A stretch of 64,000 nucleotides of DNA, from the NCBI GenBank assembly GCA_046563655.1, contig CM102290.1, positions 12,152,001-12,216,000 on the forward strand, read 5' to 3'. Made by a program: the position numbers and the translations under genes. This DNA comes from Yuukianura sp. NJ FZ-2021. Lineage: Eukaryota. Under the pieces are notes generated by a model. The model saw only the letters and a program-made list of their open reading frames with translations, searched no databases and was not told the origin of the DNA. Of this stretch, positions 29,301-41,300 are shown piece after piece (the stretch's first letter is position 1; every line of letters starts with the position of its first letter).

Positions 29301-32300
29301 ACAAAATTCTTGGATTTCAATTTTTTCCAGGAAAATTTAAAAGAAATCCGAATTGATAATATTTTCGAAAAATTTTGTAGACGTACAAATTGAATTCTAA
29401 AAAATATTCGTTTTGAAATCGCTGCTGAAAAAAAATGCTTTCTGAAAATACTTCCTTGTTGACAATGGGAATGTCAAGTCGAATTTTGGAAATTTTAGTA
29501 ACGGAAGTTGCTTCACAACTTTTTTTTTATCGATTTCGACACTCTGACTACTGCATGTGTTTGTGATTGTGACATTTTCCAAACTTCTGGTGAGTTTGGA
29601 ACATTGATTTTTTTTGGCGGGAAAAAAAGTTGGTGCTTTTGATTGTACCTAATGGAGTGTAGATTTTTACACAAAAAATTTGAAGTAACGTTTTTTTTTT
29701 ATTCAAAACGCTTTCTCTGCTGCCCAATTCCAGTAATTGAAGTTTAACTTTGTTCAGCATGGAAACATTTATATTGATGCTGTACTTTGTAGTTTGAGCA
29801 TTTAAATGAACATGATGATGAGGGATGAGATCCTGTTTCCATTTAGGAGTTGGACAGAAAGAAAAAAAGCGGCAAAGTATAATTGGAATTGAGTTTTTGA
29901 AAAAAGTTGAGGGATAAGGTATGTACTGGCAGTACTTTTTTGAAAGTACACCGATGGTGGTGGGGATACTGGTTCGTGATGCTGGGAAGACACGATTAGG
30001 ATCATCATTCATCTCATTTGTACAAGGGAACGAGATGCAGTGATCAGTCCAGTTGACAAAGGGGCCTTTGTGTGGCACTGGGGCCCTTAAGACTTGAAAC
30101 TGTGCGTGCAGCGGCGACATTTCGCTAGAACTTGAGTCAAGGGCTCTGCACAATCGTTGTGCTGATTGGACACAATGGTGGATCCTGATGGAGTTGTCTC
30201 TGGATCAGAGTCGTGCTGATGATTTTGATCTTAGACGCGGCAGAATGATTCACGACACTCATGACTCATAAGGACTCTGCTTTTGTGATTTTCAGATTCC
30301 GGATTGATAATACGGACCATATCATCGATGTGAATCGGGACAACTTGCCGTATGACCAAGTCAACATCATCTGTCCCGTCTATGCGCCGGGCACGAAGGA
30401 GGAAGATGCTGAAAAGTACATCATTTACAATGTAAGTTACAAAAAAGAACGGATACACAATGTAAATTTAAAGAAAAACGGATTCACAATGTGAGTTACA
30501 ACAATTGCTTGTCACACAGTCGGAGTATTTCAATCGTACAACATTACATAACTGAACATATACTGTGTATATTGAGTCGTATACGATTGAATATTCCGCC
30601 TTGATGAGGCTGCATAAATCAAATCTGTGAATCATTTCCCAATCAGCAAATGAAAGTGGAGGGCAAATGGATTTTTGGGCAGAGGTCGGTGCGCATGCGC
30701 AAGGACTAAAGAAGTTCTAAGCTTCTGAATCTGCCTTGATGCGTCTTTGGATTAGAACAAAGACGTTATTGTGTGAATCCACTTTCCATTTCCATTTGTT
30801 TTTGTTCCATTTGAAGTCAAGGTTCGATTAGTAATGGAAAGGCGTGGTTGAAAAATGCAAAGTGAGGCCAAAGTCTTCTTCTGGTGTCTTCAAATCAAAT
30901 TCAAGGAGCTTTTGTGATTGACAGTTGCTCTAATTGTTTCACACTCTTAACTCAAAAGGGAATTGAATTTGGTTTAAGTGAGTAATTAAGAGATGTAATT
31001 GTCAAACGGTAGAGAGTTGGAGGTGTGACGCAGTTTACTAAAGTCAATTTAGGTCAAACCAGAACAAAAGAGAAGGTTAGCAAATTAAGAATCTGACAGA
31101 AGATGCGGGTCTGCCATTCCCTGACTCTTTTGTACGGTCATTAATGGACGTTATACTATGCACGGATAGAATCTAAACAAACCTAACCTAATTCTGTTCA
31201 AAGTCACCGTATGTATGAGTGTAATTCCCATAAGAATGCTGGTACATGAGTAACCGTCCATAAGTGTCTAGGTACGTGACCATGCTGCTGAATTTGTAAC
31301 AAGATTTAGAGGAGATGCGTCAAGTGGCTGCCTAAAGATTTGATTTGGGCATAGGCAGATTTCCCAAGTTTGTACTTTCACTTGTCGCCGTGTGCTGCGC
31401 AACCAAGTCAAGTGTATGTAATTATACTCATAAAATGTGATTACGCAGTGTCATTTCATTGTAAAGCAAAAAGCAAATCGTCACTTAATTGATGTCTTTT
31501 TTTGAATGATTTACAGCGTCAGGGTTTGTTTATTGTTAAAACGAATTTGAATTGTGAAATTTTTTGTTAGCTGAATGACAAGGAACGTGTAAGGACTTTT
31601 GTTGGAAAGTTTTTTTTGTTGTAATTGGGCGATGAAGCTGTTGCGAAATTTTTGGAAATTTTGGCTAGTCCATATTCTGAAATCGGCGTTTGAACGTGGT
31701 CATACCTTGATTCTGTGAGACGTGACTTGTGAGGGAATGTGTCAGTGGAACGACGCTTTTGTCTCAATTTTGATTTGTAAAACTTTTTTCCTAACTTTTT
31801 TTGAAAGTTCACTTTTTGTTTGAACTTTTCCTAGGCTTGGACAGTCTGTCCCAATAAAAAGAACTTTGGTTCTTTGGCTTTTCAAAAGTTGTATCTTGAG
31901 CACTCCGGAAGCCCTATCACCGCTAAACAATTCAATTGTGACCTCAGGGACACGCGACCGGAATTACATTTAACTTGAACAACTTTTTTTTGGCTGTCCT
32001 TGGTCAAGTTAGGATGTCCGTGTTACAATTCTAACGCATTGCTAACATTAGCCTGACCGAAATATCTTCAAAAAATAGAACTAAACTAGCCAAGAAACGG
32101 AAGCTACTTTATGCATCTACCATGTCTTTCTGTCTGTCTGTCTGCCCGGCCGGCAGTCATTAGCTATTATCTCATTTAGGTTGAAATTTTTTTAATTTTG
32201 GTTTGAGCTTTACGATTTCGTATTTGAATTTTGGATTTGGCTTTAGGAAAAAGTTCGGAGTCCATCTTGCGAAAACATTAAAGTATTGTGGTTGGTACTA

Positions 32301-35300
32301 TGAATCAAAAAGCAAGTTGTTCTGTCACTTTTAATTGTGCAAAATGTTCCCTCATCAAGAAACTGAACTTGAGTGAATTATTTAGCGTTTAAAGGTAGAT
32401 GTTCCGACAGTAACTTTAGTTCCAAGTCGTAACTTGAAAATTGGATCTGTATGCCCGGAAGGGAGTGCCAAGGAAGGACCTGAAGTCGACAGGGACATGG
32501 GACCAACCCATCTCAAAAACTCACAACGGAATCTTTAGTTTACGAGTCCTCCAACATGTTATGTAATACGTGTCATCTTTATTGGAAACCTGGTTTATAT
32601 TCCAATCGAATCATGATCTACTAGCCTCAAGCAACTCACAACACAGTCCTCTTACCTTTTCTTACCGCATTTCAACACAAACCTAACCATATTTCCACTA
32701 ACGTTTTTATGTGAGATCATCTCTCGAAACCATTTTGTCATTCAATATGCCTTTTGTGGTCCTTAGTAACCGAATACTGCAAAAGATGAAACAATGGGTT
32801 TGCGAATTAGGGCACCAGGAGTTTTGGGCTACGCACTGAAGTTTGGTTGGAGCGTAAACAGGTTCCAGGCTGGCGAAAATGTTGCCAGTACTATGTGGAG
32901 AATGCAAAGTTTGATATATAGGATTTCGTTGTTTTTGAATCCAGGAATTATGGATGTTGTGGAGTCTCTCGGCAGGAGATCCCGCTTCTTCTTCATTCCT
33001 TTCTTCCGCTCCAGTGGAGGTGGGTAATGACATTAGAACGGGCAACGATGTTCTAAAATGGAAGTGGGGAATAGGGTTTCTGTATTTTCTATTGAACGGA
33101 GGGGATGGTCTGGACAGACTTTGGTTTCCATGGAATTCATCTTCCTGGATTCTAAGTTTTCCGTGAAGGCTCCCTTCCAGCATGAAATGGATGGAGTTTT
33201 GAAGAACGCTAGACTGGCTGTCATTTATAAAGGAGCGGATTTTACAAAATGGGGAGCCGAAGTTACTCAGCCGTTTTGCAAACATCGTTAATGTGCAAGC
33301 GCAACAGTTTTGGTTTTGCAGCTCCTAAAGACGCTGCAGGTTCAAGGTCACTGGGAGGAATTTTGTGCTGGAAAGCGAGAAGTTGAGGTCAGTTCGCAGT
33401 TGTTGTTTTTTGAGTTTGCAGCGATGCGGTGAAGGATTACGTTAGCGGTGGACGTGGATGTATTGCTGTCGCTAGGGCTGGACTGGAGGGAAGATGAAGT
33501 TTGAGGCTGGAAGAGCCTGAGGATTAGTCGGACAGACCATTAAGTCATCGTTATTTGAATTTTGAAGCATGTTAAAAATGAAATGGAAAAAACGGAGTAC
33601 TGAGCTTATATACGCTGATTCCCCTTTTCACTTTTGGACGTCACGCTAAGTAGACTGAACACCCCAAACATTTGACGTTGCTAATCCGCTCAGTTTTCTC
33701 TTTTTTTGAAGAAGTTTCCCCTTTAGGGAACACAAAAGAGAAAGGAGAAAGTAATGGATTTGAGACGCGGAAGTTTCTTGAGGGGAAATCGGTTGACATT
33801 TCCCTTCCAACGAACTGCTTACTGCTACTTGTGCTGCTTATACTGCTGGTGCTGGTGGTGGAAGTGGTAAGTGGCAAGGGGTAAGCATTTGGAGGGGTTG
33901 GTGTCCTCTAGGGCAAGTAGCAGAACATCAAATATGACGTCATCTGACCTTTATCCCCCTCTGGACGGGAGTGGGGATTCCACTGATTAATCGGAACGTC
34001 TGGATTTGAAAAAAAAAAGTTGGCGTTTGAGGAAGAGTGTAGGTGGATTCGGTGATTTTCATGATTTTTAGTAATGGATTTTCAATTTTGTGACAAGTTT
34101 AGATGTGGATTGATTTTTGAAAGTTTTTGAAAAGAGTATCGGATTTTTTAGGTCAGGTTTTCATAATTTTGAAATGTCAAGACGCGAATTAGGCGAAACG
34201 AGGAGTGATTTTACTGGCTTAAGGTGATTCCTGTATCCTGTTCTTTAGAATTGTGTTGAGATTGGCCCGGAGTTGTAATGTGTGCTGCTTAACGTGTACG
34301 TGCTCATGCGCGTTTGGACGGTAACGTTAAGTGGGTAAATTTGTTGTGGCTAAGTGTATTTGATGTTTGGTGTTTGGAGGGTCGTGGAAGACGTGAGTCT
34401 GGTTGAATTTGGGGAAGAAGGAAGACGGTTTTTGTGAGTTCCTTGTGGCCATTCTGCATCTTCCTGGCGTGTGAATGAGCACTTTTAGCTAAAGACAGAG
34501 ATGGGATGAGCCTCATCTCTTACGGGACTAATTTATGACTCTTTTAAATCATCCATCAAAGCCCCATTCTTATCCCACCCTACACACCCCACGCACCACA
34601 TCACAAATATCTTTGAGCAAAATTTGCTTGAGCTAAGCAAAAATATCTATATGAGTCCACTAGGAAGAGCTTCAGAGAGAACAGAAGACGTTTGCCAAAG
34701 AATGCAACCAATTTCGTATCTTCTGGAAGAAGTCAGAGGCGGATGAGGTCTTGGAAGTCATTGGATTCGACAAACCAATCCATCAATAGTTGTCAACAAC
34801 TTGTTAAAAAAATGTAGCTGAAGGGTTGTTGACCTCGGGAAATCGGTTGATGAATGTACTTTGATGTTCGAAGGAATTTGAAATGCTAGAACCACCAATA
34901 TAATCAATATATGTTGGCATTGGAAGTGACCTGTTACTTTTTTTTTCCAGAGTTTTCGTAAAGTGCTTTTCGATTTCATTTTTCGATCGAAACTTTGTTG
35001 ATTTATCTTTTTTCCGAGAATTTCAAGCTAAGTAACCGAAATTTTCTCAAATTTGGCACAATTGACTCTAGAATGACAATTTGAATTTACTTTTCAATTT
35101 TCCTGAGCTTTTGTATTATGTTAGTTTTGCTTGTTTCGTAGAAAAGTGAAAGTAAAATTGTCTTTAGATGGTGTAGAATTGCAATAAGGATGAGCATGAA
35201 CAGTAAAAAGTAGGTTTTGTAAGTTATGATTGTTGTAAATTCACAAGCGTAAAGTGAAATTAACATGATCACGCCATTACAGTTTACACTGAAAAATGAT

Positions 35301-38300
35301 ACTGGTTGTGCTTTTAAGATTTGGGAATTTCGACTGTTAGTTTGTGGGTTCCGAGTGGGAATCAAATGAAAATGCATGGCTTTGACCTCTGCACGCAGAG
35401 CAATTTGTGTAACACTGATCAAAGGGACTGGACGAACCCACTTACTAATACTGGGGAAGTGGGTGGGCACTTTGAACTGCGGCGGAGCATTGACCTTTGT
35501 CCTGGAGCTTAACGTCTTCCTTAACCATCACAGTCATCCCTGTCCACAAGGCATTAAGAACCGCCGTGGACGAATGAGATGGCGGCCGTAACGATTTGAG
35601 TCTTATCGACGTCCACTCCCCATTTGGAAAATGAAATTGGCGGTTTGGAGAGGAGCCGCTAGGGTTTTTTGAATTTGGCAATTGGCACTTTGCAATTGGT
35701 TGAGCAATTGGTGAGGATGCGGGGGAAAACGATTAAAGTGGCATTGAGCCGTGTGGCAGCGGGTGTAAATGTAGTACGGCTTGAAATGCTTGAAATTGCT
35801 CCTTGGAAATTGTATTATTCATGAGGACCTCCGTGTGAGATTATGTCACCTTGGATCTGGGTGTGAGAAGTGTCTTTGCTGGAGTCAGAGCTCAGTTTCC
35901 GTCCAAAGAGGATATCCTCAAATCCTCATTTTTTCGAATCGTCATAAAAGTTATGTTGTTTTGATGAATCTTCATTTATTCGATTTTGAAATTTGTTAGG
36001 GAATTCTTCCACTTAGGATTTTAAGAAACAGGTTTTTGGCAAATCTTTGGTCAACTTTGAGGATTTTTGACAAATCTTTGAGGATTTCTGAGGAATCATC
36101 TTATTATGTTAAGTTTTTTGAGGATTGATCTAGTTTTTTCGAAGATGTTTTCAGGAAAATTTTTGACGAATGTTGTATTTTTGGAGTGATTTTTTAGGAA
36201 CTCCGTTTTGGGGGAATGTGAGAAAAGTTTATTTGACTTAGAGGATTTTTGAGGAGTGAAAACTCTCATCTTCGGTTGAAGTGCTAGGTGGGAAAAATTC
36301 TGTTATGATTTTTTTTCGCTGATTGACTTTCGCTTAAGATTTTGTTGAGAGGATCAGAGGCTTTAGCCGAGGCGGAGGAGCATGTTTCCATTCCAATTAG
36401 ACTTCTCACCTAGCGGGGGTGGGGATTTGTATTGTTCTTTTGTAATTTGGGAGTCCTAAAGTTTAAGTCCCTGGGATCCTTGGACATAAAAGTCTGACCC
36501 CTTCACTTCCCTGTCTACCGGAGTCAGGATTTACATGCGGCCATAAAAGACTCCTTGATTCCTTTCCGGATTTCTCATGTTGCTTTGTAAAAAATGTTGG
36601 AGTCAATTTCAATTTATTAGAAGATGCTTTAAGAGTGCATGCCAATCCATTACCAACAGGATCCTACCTTCCTCTTTTGCAAAGTCCAATTCTCTTTTAA
36701 TTTAAAAAGATAATTTATGAGGTTCTGGGAACTTAATAATCCATGTCGAGCTGTGTAGTTCCTCTTCCCTCCTTCAGAAGAACCAAACGACCTTAACTGC
36801 TTCTGCTTCTTTCTCTTTTTGCATTAAATATTGCCGCATTTAACTTCATACTTATAATAATAATGTACCGTGAACTCATTTATGCCTTTATTTTGTCGGT
36901 CTGTCGGCGCGGGAAGTCGGGCGAATTCTGTCCAGCTTCTGACCGTGAGGAATTTCGTTTTCAAATTTTTTTTAATTCGATTTGTGAAAATAAATTGAAA
37001 AGTTTAACGTAACCTTTGGGAAACTGTAAATTTTGAAATGTACAAACGGTTGGATGTAGAATCTGATTTTGAACTGGCATAGTTGAGCAGTTTTATGACT
37101 TTGGTTACTCGTTTGGAGTGGTTTTGATTTTCCGCGCGGGATTTTAGTTACAAAACGAGAATTTCTTGGCAGAAAGTGATTTTTAGGAAGAGGCAAAGAG
37201 GGGGGAAGGTGAATGCGTAAATCAGGAGAAGTTTAATTGGACTGGACACTTTATTGCTTCTCGCACTGCTTCATACTACGTTTAATTTTAATTACCCGCC
37301 CTCAACCTTTGCCCCGATCTTGGCCTAACACGTTGTCCAGGAAATTCAAAACACTTTGGAAGTGTAGAACCGCACGGACTGTGCCTGGGATTGATTCCAG
37401 TCCTACAATCTTAATGGCATCTAGTCCAATCCACTCGCACCTAATTTCAAATGTAAACGAATTCAGAGGGCCCAGAAAAGGAGTTTGAGGAATCAGCGAC
37501 GAATCAGATCGGACGAAACACTGAATGAGCACTCCTGTCAGTTGACTATTCCAAAATGCGGGAGATTTAAAATTAATAGACAGGGGGATGAGGATGATGG
37601 TTTCGTTGAATTTTTGAAGTCGGTGGGATGTGGGTGTTGGATGGAGATAATGGGGGGTTACCATTTAGGGGAAAATTAGTAACCTCCCCTGCCCCCCACC
37701 CACCCCAGAGCTTATAATGTCGTAAGGAGCGCCGACTTTTGAATGACCTGATGTGCCTGGATTAAAATCCGCCTCATAATGTGGATTAGTGGGGCTTACA
37801 GGGAGTTACGAGAGGCAGCCAGTCGCTCCGAGCTAAACTATTACAGTGGCCTCTGATTCAATGACCCTGTGACCTTCGTGTCCTACGGTTATGTTATGGG
37901 CCTAAGTTACGTTAGGTTTGTGCCGTTGGAATCATCCCTGGGGGCGGTGGAACGGTTCTTCTGGAAGGAAGGGAGCCAAATTGAGCGGAAACGGGTAATA
38001 TACTATGTGTGCTAATGTGGCAAGTGTAAATGAGTAAGTTCGGTTGAGGTTTTATCTCTCTGCTTGACTTGACATTGGGCGCTGCTCCTGCGGTCACCAT
38101 ATAGGTTTGCTACAATCTGGACATTTTTTGGAAGAATTGTGGTTTTGGGGGGTGGAGGAGGTGGGGATTTAACTGTCTTTTTAAAAAAAAATACTGAAAC
38201 TGATTTGATGTGAAGGGGGGATGAAATCGGTGGGGTTGGTTACAACTGGAGTTTGTTGCTTCCATTTTGTGCCGGCGGGAAAATGGAAGTTAAGTTGGGC

Positions 38301-41300
38301 ATCTTCATCTTCCTATTTCTCCGTTTCATCATCATCCCTTGAACTGAAACTAACGTCAAGTTTGAGTTGAGTCACTTTGCCGATGGGCACTTGCGTCCAC
38401 TTGGATGGTTTACAAGGGAATGTTGGATCTTTGGATGTACTGGGCACTCCCACTGTCGAATTTTACTACGCAAGTTATTCAAACCGGGAATCCATGACTT
38501 CGGCTCCTATCAAAAGCTTTTTTTTAAAAACTGTGCATTCCTTTTGCACTTTTTATACGGTGACCTTTAAGGGTCCCTAGCCTAAGTCTAACTTAAAACG
38601 CATGACCTTTGTTTTCTTTTGTCGAATTTCATTTTTTCGCTTTCTCTTTGTTCAGGTTCTTCATTGGCTTACTATGAGTCTCAAAATAAAAATTTCCGCT
38701 GCAAAATTGGCTTAAATTTGAGCACTTACGTTCAAGACAGTTCTGAGTTTTGGATAAATTGGAATTTTTTTTTGAACTGTGTTGATTACAAAAGCTTATT
38801 AGATTGGGGCATGGCGACTAGCTGGAACTTAATTGTTAAGTGTTTTTGATGTATGAGGAGCAGGTCAAAGGTTAACCGGTCCTATGGAAAGTATACCGGT
38901 ACTTATCCTGGTGTGTTTCGTTTATCTTATGACGACAACATCCTTTACAACATTCATGAATTGAAAAATATATGAGCGTCATGCTAGGTTAAGCGAAGAT
39001 TACCTGTGTTGTACCCCTCGTAAACTGCAAAGGCAATTATACATGTTGTTCAACTTGTTTTTGTGAGATGATGTTTTTAGAGTTGACAGTTTTGTAATTG
39101 ACGAAATTCACGTAGTGGAAAATTGGCAGTGGACTTTAAGAAAGGGGGCTCAAGTGAAGTTCGTAGGTTGGAATAATAGCTAGTCCTAAATGTAAGTGTG
39201 AAGCATGCGAAGTCTAACGATTGAGGCATGCGAAGATGTTCATGTGTTGAGGATGAGGAATGGCGGAAGATTTGAAGAGGCTTAAGTCGACATGTAACAA
39301 ATTACAACTTCATTTCTACACCATTTGGTTCAGCGATTTAAAAAGCGCAAGCGTAAAGACAAATGCGAGAAATCATTTTACACGACAAGAGGCTTAAGTT
39401 GACGAGACTGAATAAGATTCAGAAGAGGCCATGAATCAAACCAAAAGTCCTAAATCCATTTGAATAGTTTTTGAATTAGGAGGTCAACCTTAGTCACTGA
39501 TTGTCAATTGACAAGGACGGGATTTGCTTGCTTGCATTTACTTGCTTCGCGAAGCATGAGTCCACTAGGCAATAATTAGCAACAATTTGAAACTCCACAT
39601 AAATCTCGATGTGGCAAATAACGTAGTTAGACTGAAACTATACAATTCCTTTTTCTTCAAAACGTTCTTCAAGGGTGTACGCTTCCTCTCAATTTTCCAA
39701 TTTCTCATTTTTTGTGGTGTGTTGCACGACCGCAACTAATTGGAAACCTTATTCACCATATCCCAATGGCCATCATTTTGAAAAATTGCGCCTGATTTAT
39801 TGGATTTTGCAATCAGAGACACTTAAGGACAGAAAACACAAACACATTTCAAGAAAGTTTAGCACTTTGGAGGAGGGGGGTCAAGACGTGGGAATTGGGG
39901 TCACAGCGAAGCTAAAGAGCAAAAGGGTGTCAAAAATATTACGTTTTTGTTCTTACGTCGGATGGCGAAGGGCCCTTGAATTAGTAAGGGCTCTCGCTGT
40001 GTGTGGTTTATGGTCTGGATTTTAGCCTTGGCGGGAAATTTGAAAGGACCGTCTTAACTCTATATTTCTCATTAGATGGTCACTGTGGGGAGGGGGATTT
40101 TAAAAGTGTCCATTTTTTTGAGTTTGAGATTCGATTCGGTCCTTAAGGGTCCACTAACCAATAGTCTCCTCCGTCATCGCCCTGGAGATGAAGTCCCCTT
40201 GTCTTTATTGTCTCTTCGTCTGCTCTCTCTGGTTCTTTTTGTGTTTTCTGTAGTGGTTGAGATTTAAACCTATTTGTTGTAACGCTGTGGAAAACGTTAA
40301 GCTCCTTAAAGCCTCTCATCATTTGGACTACTCAAGTAGGATTTGGAAAAGGAGCCCTTAAGGTCCTCAGCATTTTGAATTTTTTTTTGTTGGTGGAAGG
40401 TGGAATGATGACTTGGTTTTTGAGACCACTCATTTCAAGGCCTTCGCAGTCTCTGGTGGTACTTTACACTTTTGGGCTTCCAGATCATTTTAAGTCTTGG
40501 ATACCGTAAAACTTCTAATAAGTACCCTGTGGTTTATATAAAATCTTTACTTTTACCCCTGTGCTTGTACTTACTTTTACTTCTAGTGAGGCTGGCGTTA
40601 GTTTCCAAGCCTAGGTCTAAAGCACTGGCGATTAATGCAGACTCGGCGTTTATTCGAGGTTTTACGGTAGATCTGTAAGATGGGTTGGAAGTTAGGGGCC
40701 CTTTAGAAGGGATAAGGTTCCAAAGGGAAGGGCTTCACTTAATTCCAAAGAGAGTCATTCATTATTATGTAGAGAGGTGCAAAAAGTTGTAAGTTGGTTC
40801 AAAAGTCCTTTTTGGGAACGTAGCTCCGTCGTCATTTAATTTCCATCTTGCTCAATTCCCTGTCAATCTTTTGAGGGGTCTGTAGAAGGCTATCATTAGG
40901 AGCCCTCGGCTGTACTTGTTAAGGGTGAGTCCAGAATTCCGGGATTCGGGATAAGCCTGGATGGTTGGAAAGTCTTGGAAATTAAGTTCTGAGTTCGGAT
41001 TAATTTGATAGGTTGGGAAGTACTAAAGTTGGTGGTTGGGTACACACTGCGACTCATCTTCTGGAAAATAATGAAACGTTGGGTGGATTTATGTGGAGTC
41101 CAAAACAAGACTAAGACCCGGATCCGATTTCCTACGGATCAAATTCCAGTGAAGTACAGCAAAATAAGGAGTTTCCTGTAGGGAGGAATTATGGAATCTG
41201 AAACCTGTAGTTTCTTTATAAGTTTCGGATCCAGAAGTTCTTGGATCACTAATGGACTCCTGGACTCTGCTTCTTCAATTAAAAGCCAAGTGGTAGAGGT

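Noticed and set aside
29548..30153. 201-aa minus-strand ORF in ephrin intron 1
   Set aside because: Reflects A/T-run composition (K/F/N-rich); no homology recognised.
32707..33285. 192-aa minus-strand ORF in ephrin intron 2
   Set aside because: No recognisable domain or supported splice structure; consistent with a chance ORF.
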